Source: Antedon mediterranea (Eukaryota > Animalia > Echinodermata). Taken from it: a stretch of DNA of 64,000 nucleotides. Where the stretch lies: contig NC_092676.1 of assembly GCF_964355755.1 (NCBI RefSeq), positions 5,371,888 to 5,435,887 of the forward strand, written 5' to 3'. Below are positions 21,601 to 36,600 of the stretch, piece by piece; the stretch's first letter is position 1, and each line of letters opens with the position of its first letter. The notes under the pieces are model-generated. The model was not told where the DNA came from. It searched no databases and saw only the letters and a list, made by a program, of their open reading frames with translations. The position numbers and the translations under genes were made by a program.

Positions 21601-24600
21601 ATTGTTAAATCTCTGTATATTTTTTTTCCTAATATCTATTTGATAGTAAAAATGCTATACAGTAGTATAGTATCTTCTTTATAAAAATCAGGGGAGGGGA
21701 TAAATGGGTGTCTCGTATTCACATTTTCCCTAAACTTTCATTGACAAAGTTCCAATGAAAAAAATAAATTGTAATATTCAATAATTTATTTATCATTTAA
21801 AAACATGTTTTGTGGCCTTTAATTTAAGTATTTAAAAGATACAGTTTAAAATTTTTTTTTTATTAAAAATGTTTTTACAATAAAAATGCAAGATAACTTA
21901 ATATTTGCCATGAATGAAATATATTTATAAATAAAAATGGACTCTAGAAATATTTTTTGCCTCTTTTTTCATCTGCAATGTTCACAGGCTCAGAAATTAA
22001 ATATTTTCTTAAAAATTTCTTTCGAATGATTATGAAGGAAGATATGTGCAATTATTCATCCTGAAATATCATAATGTCAAATTCACCATCCTACGAGGAT
22101 CTTGTGAAATGTAAACCCATTTCTACTCTTCAGTAAATGCCAATGTTGGTCATAAATTTCTACATCTTCAAGCATTCTCTACCTTAATTGAAAATATCCT
22201 GGAATATTGCCAGAGTGTCAATTCTCTCTGAGTTGATTGTCTTGAAGAAAGTAATTGCAATCTATAGTAGTATCTTCTATGATTTACCTTTGAGTAAAGT
22301 AGGGCCTGTCATCTATGAGATGAGCAATGTGCAAGCACCGAAAAGACAAGCTCATCATCAAACATGGCCACCATAGTCATTTTATTGTAATGTGAAACCT
22401 CTATTGAAGAATGGTATTTTTTGGGCCTATTTCTGGCACTGACAAAAAATCAAGTATTTTTCAACTCTGACCTTTTAAGGTGAGAGGTCAAATTCCAACC
22501 ATGATTTACTTAAATAAATTGCATCATTTATAGCCAAACCATTATGTTATATTTAAACCCCACCGTTCAAATTTGTTTGACATTTGTTGTGTTGTAAAGG
22601 ATGGGCTTAAAATAATGCCACCCTCAAATTGTAAGTGGATGGGCTTATAACCGAGACGGTAATACCAGGGAAGAGTTAACTCTTCCCTGGTAATACCTAC
22701 TCTGTTTATTTCAGAGGCTCAGGAAATGAAAAAGATGATAAGCTGAACAGTTGAGTTCATTTACTTAGAAATATGATCCAGATATTTAGTTGGCATATGA
22801 TAATTTGTGTTCGTGTTTCTCAGTCAAACCAATATAAGCAGTAAAACATGAAACAGTAAACCTTTATTAGATGGAAATCGAGTGTTTTCATTACGCTAGT
22901 AGCACTTTGGTTTTAACGCGATATCCCAGTTGTAGCTTGCCTCAAAGTTATAATCAACATTTTATCAGCTTCACAATCCATATTCTGTACTATTAATGTT
23001 TATTGACTTTAACAGTACACATTGTTACAACCAAGTATGGCGTAGGTTTGAAATGCCTAAAATGCAAGGCGGTTTGAGGAGTGAACAGACAAATTTCATA
23101 ATAAATTTCAGAAATTGGTAACAAATTCAGTACGTTACAAGTACTGTACATACAACAATTAAATACAGCTTAATTTAAGCAAATAATAATACTTAATAAC
23201 AGATTTTTCTAAAGAATGTTTTCACTCGTATTTTAATATGAGATATACGTACGTTGCTGTGTTTGCATGGCTCGCCCTTTCATCTTGGTGAGAAGTTCAA
23301 AATCAACCAGACTGGAGTAGTCTATTTTTTAAAATATTGCCATTGTTTTTCTTTCTTCTGTTATCATCCTTTTATTATTATTAATTATTATATCTTGCTT
23401 TATTTTCTTTTCTTATGATGTTTGAAAATCATGTCAACACTAATATTCCAATAAATATAATATTTTTTTAATCAATGATATTCCGGCATTTTAACTTTTT
23501 AAGACCTAATTGCATGGATAATAATATCAAACACTAGTAGTAGTAGTAGTAGTAGTAGTACTGTAGTAGTAATAGTACTGTATTAATTTAAGATATTATT
23601 AATAGTATACTAATTTAATATTTTTGAAATTATTATTTATCATTTGTTTATTCAACCTCTTGTAATAAAGTCAAAATAACATCATGTCTCATAAATATTC
23701 AAATTACAACAAATATTTAATAAATATTTAATTTATTTCAGAATTTTAAAACAATATTATGCACAATTTTATCAGAAATTGTCAGATGTGGAATTCTAAT
23801 TATAATATGCAATAACACTGTACTTACTATTTAACATAAAGCTATCTTAATATTTATTTATTGTTATTGTTCGGTGATAAATTATAGGATACAAAAAGCT
23901 ATCATATTTCTGTGATATGATATAATAATCATAATTTATTGAATGCAATTGACTTGCCGCTGCCTTCAAAATAGAAATATATTGACAGAATATTAAAAAA
24001 AAAAATGTTATTTTCAATTCAATTGTACAGTCTACAGTACGCTAGCCATTTGCATTTTTAAATGGCGATTAGTCAGAGGACAAAAGATATCTTTTACAAA
24101 ACTGCCAAAAATAAATTTCCATTAAGAAAACATTTGTCAGCCAGGCTCTGGGTAAAGTTTTCCATAAACCACAAAAGAAAATTTGGCTAAAGAATTTACA
24201 ATTGCCGAAAAATGAATCACGACCGTTCACCAGTTCTAAAATAAAGCAAATTTCATCTTCGTTTTTAGTGTAGACAGTATTTTTATTTATCTCAGCAAAT
24301 AAAAATGTTATTCCACTGTAACAATAGTGAGAACATTCTAGCTAAATGCAGTTTTAATAGGAATTCTTATTATCCCTAGAACCCTTTAAAAAATTTAAAG
24401 GGGACACCCTCAGTTCCCTGAATGCTGTAGGACATAGAGTTAAAACATACTGTATATTTCCAACTATTTTGTTTCATGGGAACATGTCCCCTTAATAGAG
24501 GTACTGTATGCCCTATTATAATAGGGGTGTCATAAAGAAACAATTTAAAGAAACTTTCAAATTTTCAATGAAATAAAATTCTTTTTATTAAAGATGTATT

Positions 24601-27600
24601 GTCCCCCTAAAAAAATAATTCTTACACAATTTTTTGTTGAATATTCCATATTAATTTAACATAATAGTTATTTATCCACTTTGACCAAAAATTGAATCGA
24701 AAGAAAAATGTATTTACTTGAAAAAAAAACATGATTTAAAGCAAAAAATGGTCAAATTGGCTGCCAGCCAATGAATTTTGGTTGAATTTAACCATTTATT
24801 TTGTCATTTTATAAGTGAAAACATAATTTTTTTTTCATTTTTTTTTCTATGGAAGTGATTAACTTTATTCAAACTACAAAATAATATATTCAAAGTCTGA
24901 TTTAATTAATTTTCATTTTTCATATTTTTGGGGGACAATACATCTTTAATGAAATGAAAATTAATTTGTATTATCTTTCGACTGTGTATCAGAAACATTT
25001 CTTGTATTTTATTAAAAATAAATTTTAAACGTGCATTTTTTATTTAATTCTTTATAAATTTCAAGTTAAACAAGAGCCGACAGAAAGTCGTGTAACTGTA
25101 AAATGTCAGAGTATTAAACCGAAGAAATCATACAAGAAGAAACAAGCTTACAGTATTTAACGGTTACCGCTAAGTCTAATGTACTCTAAGTTTTAAGTAT
25201 TCCCGTGCTATACGTTTTCAATCGTTCTTTAATTGGATGTTTTATAGACAATAGTATTAATCTAAAAACCATTTCAATTGAAAATTGCGTTTGTCTTGGA
25301 TTTACTAATGGAATTTTAAATATCAAGTGCTCATTTCTGAGTTCAGGAATATCACACCGATTGGTCGGCTATTGTCTGTGGCGCCAAGTTGTTTTGTTAG
25401 TTTTTTTCCTTCAAGTTTTTTTCTTCACAAGCGTATTTATTTTGTGTAGATTTATATTCTCTTGATTTATTATTAAAATCTGATCATATTTTTCTTCAGA
25501 AAATAAATATTTTTTTCTTCCTAAAAATTTAATAAAAAGGTTTATGAATAAAAAATATAGGTTTGCAGTAATTGTTGCAGTAATTTTGACATGCTCCCTA
25601 AATTAGGATTACACATTTTTTTATTGTTTTGTGTACAGTTATATTCTCTTGATTAATAATTAAATCTAATCATATTTTTCTGACTTTTGATGTTTCTTCA
25701 GAAAATTAATATTTATTTAAAATTTATTTCTTGCTAAGTGATTGAATAAAAAGGTTTATGAATATGATTAAATAAAATATAGTCATGCCGTAACTGTTAC
25801 AATAATGTTGACATGTTCCTTAGTCTAAATTACATGTCTAGCTTACCTGGATAAACCGACATAGGCCTTATCCCCTTTGGGAGAACATAACCCGAAAAGT
25901 CCCCTTCAAGACAGTGGTATTGCCCTTAATTAGGATTACACAATTTTTCATTGCAGGAGAATTCAAATTGTTTAACATTGGAATGGGTTCTTGAATTACT
26001 AGAGAGAGAGTTTGAAAAAGATCCAGACGGTCTATTTATAATTGATTTTGTACCAAATCTACGTTATATGCTACGATGCGACAAGTTCATCCGTGAGGAC
26101 CCCTCTTACGAAATGGGTCAGTTTCTGAAAAAGGTAGGTTTTTTGAAGCGGGTTAATTTAATAATATTACCAATTGTAAATGTTGTTTCATTATTTAATT
26201 GCTTTTATATTAAACAATCTCTTGGTTGAAACCAGACTTTCCCAAAACTAGAATTTAAAGCTCTGTCTACACTTTTAAACATTATGTGACAAAAAAATGT
26301 GATATGGACATGATGATCTCATATCACTACCATATTTGGGCACATGACACTTTTCTTGTCAAGCTTGTTTGATAGTGTAGACAGAGCTTTAATTAAGCAC
26401 TAAAAGAAATTTGGGTCAGCCCATGTCCAGTATTTTGACAGTTAACTTCTTGTATTTAAATAACATTACAGCTATTCATGGGACACCCTATAAAGGGATT
26501 ATTTAAAATACTTTAAAACAAAAGAGAAAATATATGTTTCAACATTATAGCCAACCCCCATATTCAGGTTACATCCTATAGGGGACACCTTTTTTTGGTC
26601 CTAAGAATGTCCCCGTAATAGGGGTTTTACTATATTTGTCACTGTTGATATCATCATAAGTTCTGTAAGTGACATTGGCAAATAATTTTGTTGCCGGGAA
26701 AACATTTTCCGAGGAAATTAAAATCTGCTATTTATTTCTTAGCCAGTGGTAATGCACAGTGCATATAAATAGTTATTTTCTAAATAAGTAATTTATATGC
26801 TAATGAGAATACATGCACAGTACACACAGAGCAGTGACAGGCCTGATATTGAAATAGCTACTGTACAACAAAATATATCAAATTAGCCAGCGTGATTGTA
26901 ATACTTATGCTTAATCTTGACAGAGTGTAGCAGTATGTGACTGTATACTGAATATGCTATCTTTTCATTGTGTAAATAATTATTATCGTTTGATACTATC
27001 TATTAAACGATGATGATCGCTGGGGAATTAGATAATGTAATGTAACCAACGGTATGCACATTAGTAATTACCGTATAGTAGTGAGTGTAGATCGTCCCAA
27101 TAGGCAGGGTATGAAAAATGATGTTGGGGGGCGGGGGTGGGGGGGGGGGTGGGGTGGTACTTATAACTGGATTGCATTTGTATTGTCCCCCTGAAAACAT
27201 AATTCTTAAAAAAATTTTTTTTTTATATTCCATGTAACATATGAAACTGAAAAAATGTCATTTAATTTAAAGCAAAAAATGGTCACGTTGACTGCCAGCC
27301 AATGGATTTTTGGTTGAATTTTAACATTTATTTTGTCAGTTTATAAATGAAAACATGATTTTTTTCGTTTCGTTTTTTCTATTGAAGTGATTAACTTTAT
27401 TAAAACTACAAAATAACATATTCAAAATCTGATTTTATAATTAATCTTCATTTTTTCTGTTTTAGAGGGACAATACATCTTTAAGTAAAAGAGTTGACTA
27501 ATGTCTTTCCATAGCATTATAAATTAAGTAGGAGGGCTTATACTAATAGAGCATGGGATTATATTCGGTTACAATGGTGTTGTTTATAACAATACAGTTA

Positions 27601-30600
27601 GAGCCAAGCACCTGCCGAAGATTGAGGCATGTCTTTAAAAATTGAAAACATACGGCAAAACGTTTTGCAGTATGACACACAACATAGCTTTTGCTCAATG
27701 ATCACAAGCGCTTATACATTTTATCTAAAAGGATTTAACTCTGGACTAGAATAAAAAATGAAAAAGTGGCCCGGGTGTTTTCCACCAAATATACAAACAC
27801 ACAATCACAACTTAGCTCTTGTTCAATGATCAACATTTATACATTTTATTAGAAAGACCAATGAACTTAAATAAAACAAAAGTCAAAAAATTAATATTTA
27901 AAGATATATTGTCTCCCTGAAAAATATATATTTTTTTAATTTGTTGTTGAATATGTCATTTTATTGTCACATAGTTATTCACTTTGACCAAAACTTAAAT
28001 TTTAAAATTTTTTAAAAATTATTTACCTGACAAAAATGTAATGCAAAATTGTCTATCAGACAATGAGTTTTTGGTTAAAATTAACTGTTTCGTCTTTATA
28101 AATAAAATAATTTTTTTTTTTGTTTTTTTTTGCAAAATGGCCTATTACATTTTTTCATGTTTTTGGGGGACAATACACCTTTTACGGAAATTGATTTCAT
28201 ACTTGTTTACTCTTTTTAATACTATTTTTACTTTATTAAGCCACAAGCATGTCTTAGCTATCAAATATCTCTTTGGGATTTATTTTGTGCTGGCATTACC
28301 GTGAATTTGAAAGCGTTAATGATGTGCGATTAGATGATAATAGACAGATCCATGAGTAGATGAAGTCATAAAATACAACATACTGTACACCTATGAAAAA
28401 AACATGGATTGTTTAATAATTTAAAGACATATTGTCCCCCTAAACAATTTTTTTTTACAATTTTTTGTTGCCATTTTAATGTCACCTAATAAATAGTTAT
28501 CCACTTTGACGAAAAATTGGATTAAAAAAGAAAATTAATTTACCTGAAAAACTGTAATTTAAAGCAAAAAATGATCAAATTGTCTGGCGGCAGACAATGG
28601 TTTTTGGTTAAAATTAACTGTTTCTTTTGATTTTTTAATGAAATAATAATTTGGTTTTTTTTTCTTTGAAAGTGATTAACTTTCTTAAAACTACAAAATA
28701 ACCTATTTAAAGTCTGATTAATTTAATCTTCATTTTTCATTATACATCTTTTAAGTTTAAATAAATACTGTACTATGAAAACTAACTTCGAGATCTGTTA
28801 GGCATGGAATTCAAATAATAATAACACCCCGTGTGGTAGCGCGGGTAGATACGGCGCGTGCAGCAGGTAATCTGGAAAGTCTATTAATAAGATATCTGAG
28901 AATAATTATTACAAACAATTGGGCGATAAAATAACATCTCACTACCTACTTTACGTGATCTTGTAATCGGCAAAAGCTATTACTGCTAAGTTCAAATTAC
29001 ACGGAAACAATCCATTAAAAAGCGAATACGCAAGAAAAAGGCAAAAATATAGGATACTGATAATATGAATTCTCAATTGTCTAGAAATGTAAAAAGTATC
29101 AAATATTTTTTGAATTTAATTTGCGTCTGTCTGTAACGGTAAAAATAATGATCTAATTAGGGTTATTATAGACATCAAGAGTGTAGACACATTAATACTA
29201 TGTTGATAGCCTACCCACGCAGTAAAAAATATCCCACGAGTTTAAAATATTGCAATATAATGAATACAAGGGCTAGTTATTTTGTTCATTTATGGACACA
29301 GTGATGAAGGTTGTAGAAGGAGGTAGCCTATTGTAGCTCAATGTACCAATTAAAATGCCTTTTAATTATGCATCACCATGAACTATCCGGATTAATTAGG
29401 ACATTTTTTGTATCATTAATTTTTAATGAGTTGTAAAGTATTTATTCAATAGGATGACTTTATTAGGAAATATGACTTGCGTTTATTTTTAAGTGTTTTT
29501 TAACTGTTTATCCTTGTAGAGATTGTGAAAATTAACGAGCTTATTTATTAATTAGAATTAATAATAATAATTAATACACAATGTTCTATATTATGGTATA
29601 AACATGGTTTGAAACCAGTTAATAATAACTATTAATTAAAATTAACTACTATAACTTAATTAATTAGTTAATTAATTATAAAATTTTTGTTTGTTTGTTA
29701 AAATCATTCAAACTTTTCCCGGAACGCAAGAGGACACCGTCTTGTTAAGCAATGAAAAATCGGTATACAGAATTAAACGACGCCATCTTTCAAGCTGTAC
29801 CACGTTGTTGCTTAAAGATTTACCAATTATGAAACTTGGTGTGAACCGGAATGTTACGTAGAAAGTATAAATAAAATATGTATCTCAGTATGAACCAGGA
29901 ATATAGATAAGAATGTAAAGAATTTACTTATAAAGTTCAATGTGAACACAAGTATAAAGGATAGTACAGTTATAAAATTCAGTGTGAAATAGGCTAGATA
30001 TTGAACTTGTATACTGTACAAAGAAGTACAATAAAACATCTCTCAGTGTGAACCAAGAATATAGATATTAAGGACACAGAATAACTTATAATGTTCAATG
30101 TGAACAGAAGTATAAAAGATGTACAGTTATAAAATTCAGTGTGAACCTGGCTCTATTTATATTCTATAATAATTTATAAAAGCTAGTGTTAGTGAATATT
30201 AGTACTACAGTGTATTGAAAGCTTTAGTGTGAACAATACTGATAAAAATGTACATGTTTATAAATTTCAATGTGAACATCCCGGTTATATCAATTGTATT
30301 AAGAGAAAATCTTTGTGAACAATACTGATAAAAATGTTTAGGTTTATAAATTTCAAAGTGAACACCGGGTTATACTGTATCAATTGTTTTAAGAGGAAAG
30401 CTTAGTGTGAACCAGGACATGAAGAAAAAAATTTATAGTATTATATTATCGTCTTGCAAAACATGTTTATTCTTTATCTGTAGATTTATTTTCGTTGATA
30501 ACAAGATTTACCAAGTTCATTGAGGCCTAGTCACACCCGCAGGCAATCCGATTTTAATTATGTTTTAAATTCTCTGATTTTGTTTTCCTTATAGATACAT

Positions 30601-33600
30601 CTTATTTTTGTTTGGATCATTGTCCTTGAGGTCAACCAACATCAAGTACTATTGTACTTAGGTCATGATGATTTATAAAATTATTTTTCAAGAAATGCTG
30701 CATAATTATGCATGTACAGTACTTATTTCGTGGTTTACAATACATAAACCTAATGATTGCAATACTTTAAAACCAGTTCACATTAAGATAGTCCTGATTG
30801 TGTTATAAAAAATAATGGATGTTTATAAATGAGTGCAATGGTACAAATCATTTCATGAGGTGAAAATAGAACATTTCATATTTCATCAAGGCGTGTGGTG
30901 CAGTGTGTTGGACATTGGATTTATACTGATCGTGAGATCATCGAATCCAACTCTCGCCGCATTGCTTGTATCCGTAGGCAAGATACTACACTTACATTTG
31001 CCTCTCTCCACCCAGGTGTATTAAATGGGTACCTGGTTAGATCATGACACAACTTTACGCTGATTACTAGCTGCATTATGGGAGTATGTTTCCATACGTG
31101 TTTGCTACTATATGTAAAGCGCCTTTGATTTGAGCATAATTGTTCATGAAAAGGGCGCTTTAGAAATGCGGTGATTATTATTATTATAAGGCCTAAACCA
31201 TTTGTGTCCCAGGATGATAAAGTTTCAATGAATAATTTGACAAATGTGATGAATTTTGTATTTAATATCCATGGTAAAAAAAAAAAGAATTTGCAATGTT
31301 TCAATTACGCAAACCATTTTAATCATGGCCGCCTTGATTTTATTGATTTAATAGTACAGTATGTCATTAATGCTATCCACAGATTTCATTTAGGGATCGT
31401 GTCAAAATTATATTACTGTAGTAACTACTGTACATTTTTTACTGCAATAATGATTTAATTTTGTTTCGATGTAGAAGTTTCTGAGCTGGTCAGTATATCA
31501 ATAAACAATGTGTAGGCCTATGTTTCAACATACACATTGTACCAAAAAAAACGCTTGCTAAATATATTGCATAAACAAATTAAAGAGTAAACAAATTAAA
31601 GAGTAAACAAATTAAAGGGTAAACAAATTAAAGAGTAAACAAATTAAAGAGTAAACAAAGTACTTACTGCAGTAACTGTAGTAGAATCATTTTGACATGG
31701 TCCCATGCTGAAGCACAACATTAACATTTAAATTTGTTTTGTTTTTTTCGTTCATAGTATTCTAATATCTTTGCACTGAACTTGGCAATTCCAGAGAAAG
31801 CCGTTATGAAACAAGCGACTGCGCATTGTGCGAAACATCCGAGTCAAATGCAGGAAGGAGGTAAAAGTGATGAAGTTGACACCGGACGATTAGCAGTAAG
31901 TTTGTATAGTATTAGTAGTACTGATACTGAGATTCGTTTGTGACACATTTATTAAGGGGATGCTTTCCTATGAAAATAATAGGGACCTTACGAAACACGA
32001 TGGGTAGTGGAAGGCAAATAATACCCTGTGTTCGCTAGAGCGTAAAATCATATACAGTCAACATAGCCGTTTTATTAGTTACGCTAAGTTCCGCTCGAGA
32101 GAGTATGTTAATATTTATTTGTAATAATTATGATGAAACGAGTAAATATGGTAGATTACACCACAAAAGAAAAAAAAAAAATTCCGCCCGCTTTGTTAAA
32201 ACTCATGCAAATTATTCATTCAATTATTCCCGTCATGTTTCGTGAAGTCCCTAATGAGGGAGGCAGGTATGTTTAAAAACTGCATGGTCATAAGCCACCA
32301 GTATGGTAGGTAATGTTTCGACCTGACCACTTTTTCACATAAACCTTTGACATCCCTGAGACTGAGAGAGATATTCCCTTTTTTGCAATTACCATACCAC
32401 TTTATTTCTCATGGCTGCAGCACTGTACAACCAACCCATGTTCTGTAGAACTGTTTAGGGACACAATTTGTTAGGTCTAGTACAGTACATTAGGTGTTCA
32501 AAAACAGGACATTTATATGTGGTTGTAGTGTTCATATTTGATACAATGATTTTGCTAATGTCTCAAGTAAAGCGTGGTTCCCACTAGAACGCAATGCAGC
32601 AATGTGTTGACGCAAATGGTTGTATTGTGTAATCACAAGTGCGAACCGACGATGCAACAGTGTTGCAAACATCGCAGGTTTGATTTCATACAGGCGGTGG
32701 CAAACACAATTATTGGAAGGGCATTTTCTTACATTGCTTAGGTTAGGTTTGCGTTATGTTGCATCGCTAGTGGGAACCAAGATTAATGCTTTGAAGTTGT
32801 TAATCGTGGATGTATCCCTTCATTTTTGTTGGTTGACTGAAGTCTCATTTTATGAAATCTGAGATACATTATTCATGTATACACCAGCCTACAGTACAGT
32901 ATGAATAACAAACAATCTGAATACAGCTACAGTAAATAGAATCCTGTTAAGAGGACATTTTTGGCACCCAAAATGGTGTCCCGGTCCCCTGAGTGTCCTA
33001 TAAATAACGGTATCCAAAAGGAAGGGTTTTTTCTGCTGCAATTTTATTTGAAAAATATAGAAAAATCTTTCTGAAAATTATCGGAATGTTATACCGATAT
33101 CAAAATTGGAAATAAATTTAAATGATGGATAACGAGACGCAACTCATAAAACACTTAAAACCTCATCAAGACTAATTGTTTGTTTCATCTTGAGTATTCT
33201 CCGGCAAATATATCTTAGATTTAATCAACTGAAATCTAAATGTCTACTCGCAGCAAGTCCTACTTTGTTTGAACTTTGTGGGCAATTTAAAGAATATTGA
33301 ACATTTTCAATTTAACTGTGTATAGGTAGCTCACTGTAGTTAAGTAATCATGCGGCAGTACAGCATAACAATTCATCGTTTTATCATTCAAGGTATATAA
33401 TGATGAAAACATTTTATGGTTAAATATGAGCTAATCAAGAAGCTAATTGGGCTACTTTTAAAATGCAATGTATATTTTTATATAATACTGTACATTGTTA
33501 AATCTCCTTCAATATTGTATAATGATCAAAATATTTCATTTTAATTTAAATGGTTAAATATAGCTAATCGAGAAGCTAATTGGACTACACTACTTTTAAA

Positions 33601-36600
33601 ATGCAAATATATATATTTTTATATAAATACAACGTTAAATCTATCCTTCAATATAATGATCAAAATATTTCATTTTAAATTTAAATAGTTAAATATAAGT
33701 ATATTTTTATATAAATACAATGTTAAATCTATCCTTCAATATAATGATCAAAATATTTCATTTTAAGTTTTAAATATGCGCTATAATCAAGAAGCTACAA
33801 TTGGGCTACTTTTAAAATGCATATATTTTTATATAAATACATTGTTTTATCTTCAAGTATAATTATACTGTAAATATTTCATTTCAAATTTAAATGGTTA
33901 AATATTTTTTAAGCTAATTGGACTACTTTTTTTAAATGCAAAGTATATTTTTATATAAATACATCATTTTATCATTCAAGTATGTAATGATCAAAATATT
34001 TGATTTTAAATTTAAATGGTTAAATATGAGCTAATCGAGAAGCTAATTTGACTACTTTTAAAATGCAAAGTACTGTATATAACGTTACAGGTAAATCTAT
34101 CCTTCAATATAATGATCAAAATATTTAATTTTAAATTTAAATGGTTAAATGAGCTAATTGTGAAGCTAATTAAACTTCTTTTAAAATGCAAAGTATATTT
34201 TTATATAAATACATCATTCTATCCTTGAAGTATACTGTATTAATGATAAATACATTTCATTACATTTGACGTAATTATTAATTATTTATTTGCACTGAAG
34301 AAGCCTCAAGGACTAGTTGTTGTCTTGGAAGCTTTGCAATTTCTTTCTGGCTGTTTTACTTCATCGTTTTGATTTAGCTTTTTGCCTAATTCATTTCTAT
34401 CTCCATTGAGATCAAGTCACTGGCCCAAAGTATTGTCATTTTTTCAGTAATTTGTCTTTGGGTTTTAACTTTAATAATTATTGATGATACAGTAGTTATA
34501 TTTATGATGCAATTACAAGAATTTGTTAATTTTTAAGGCAATTGTTAAGTATAATCCCAACCCTTAATTTTCCACACATTTTATACCCAGGCCTCTTGGG
34601 ACTCTATCACAAATATAATAAATACATTGTAAATCATCATCTAATATTATTATATTATCTATTTAAATTAAAAGCACATTTTATTAAATTTGTCAATAAC
34701 TTTAAATATTAAACAAATAAATAAATATTATTATAATAAAATATTTAGTTTCTTTTTTAAAAATAAATTGATTTTTAAATTTTTTATCATCAGAATTCTT
34801 TGTGTATTGAATTGTGATTTCGCATAAACTACATTAATTCTATCGTAAGTTTTTTTTTTACGACTGATGACACATGCACTTGTACAAATGTACCTCTGGT
34901 TTATGATCTTTTTAATATTATGTGTGTGTGACATGTATCCAAGTTATCATACTTTATTATGCGGTATAGCTACAACACATTCTGCATATTGCTCATAAAA
35001 GATCGAGAAGTCGATATTTTCTGATCATTTCATTTACAAATAATTTAACTAGAATTATAGAATTATTTTGTGTAACATAATTAAAACTATAAGTTGAATA
35101 TTAATAAATACTAGTTATATTTGGTTGGGTTATAGATTTTTGGATCAATACAATTTTTTTTAACAATGCAAAATAAATATAGTCTGTGTGCACAATAAGA
35201 TTATGAATAAAATATTTATGCATTGACACGCCTTCTTGTCGTCTATTTAAATTCAAATTCAGGTCGGCAGTTTAAATACTATGTTTTAACTATAATTACT
35301 CAACAGAAAAACCACCAACCGTCAACAGAAAAATCTGCAATTGAATATACCAAATGCGATTCTGTTTTTACGGATCATGTCAAAATTATGCTACTGCAGT
35401 TACTGTTACATTTTATTTACTGCAATAATATATTTTAAATCTAAATAATTGCAAACAGAGGTTATAGAGTAAAAATTTCCACTAGAACGCATTGCAAAAG
35501 GGTAAACACAAGTAGTTTGACCAATCGCGATGCGATGGATCATTTCTTTTATCGCGTCATGATTACGGTAGTCAAATCACACGTGTTGCGCTTATGGCTT
35601 AAACTAAGCTTTAACCAACGGTAGATACTGCAGTAGAATAATTTTGACATGGTCCCTTTAAGCATCCGATGACAATTTAAAAAAAATCCATATTAAGTTA
35701 GATAAAACAAATCAAATTGATTTCTTCGGCTTTCAGAAACGACATGGAGTATACATGAAGAGTGTACAGGGGTTCCTGAACTATTTCCGTAACGAGGGTC
35801 GCTTGGCATCGGTGGACGTGTCCAGTGGCGTCTCGGACCTTATCTGGCACCAGGTCACTGACTTCTTCGGACACAAGTTGGAGTTTCTTCCTAAAAGGAC
35901 AATCAACACCGTGGTTGTATTTGGTTTCTGTAAGTGCTACCTTACAGCAAGGTAAATCTAACAACAGGACACTGAGCTCGCCTTGCCAAGATAGGAACTA
36001 ACAGTCCTTTGATCTTACGTCTGGCTGCGACAAATACCAACATTACTGTACTATGTACATATTCTCTGCGACGCATGGCGTCTGTTAAGGGGAATGGAAC
36101 TGATCGTGTCGCAGCCACAGGTACACTCTTTGATCTCTGAAGCTCATCATCTTGTTGTTAGATTGCCTTGCTTGACACTGAAAGACAATATTGTCAGTTT
36201 TAAAATGACTAGTTTTGCAATATCAGGATTTGGTAGAGTTGATCATTATTAGATTTAGGGTCCAAAGGTTGGAAGTTGTTTGGTGAAGAGATTTAGAGAC
36301 AGGCAAACTAACAATAAACAAATTTATCAATTAATTAAGTTGTATGTGGTTAAAATACTTGGCCAAGGTCCAGTCAGTGTGGTCCTAGGTTTAATTCAGG
36401 ATTTCACAACTATAATATGACTATGTTACCCAATACTTGGGACTGTATAGACAATTTATTTTGCAATCCCTGTTTAATACACCTCGATAAAAATCAGTAA
36501 TTTAATATTTATTTTATTGATTATCACTATTAATATTGATTATAATTTGTATTATTGATTAATATTTAGTAATTGATATTAATGATAGTTGTATTGATTA

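Noticed and set aside
22742-22775. Further hammerhead-like string ctgaacagttgagttcatttacttagaaa
   Set aside because: The core and stems are too degraded to call.
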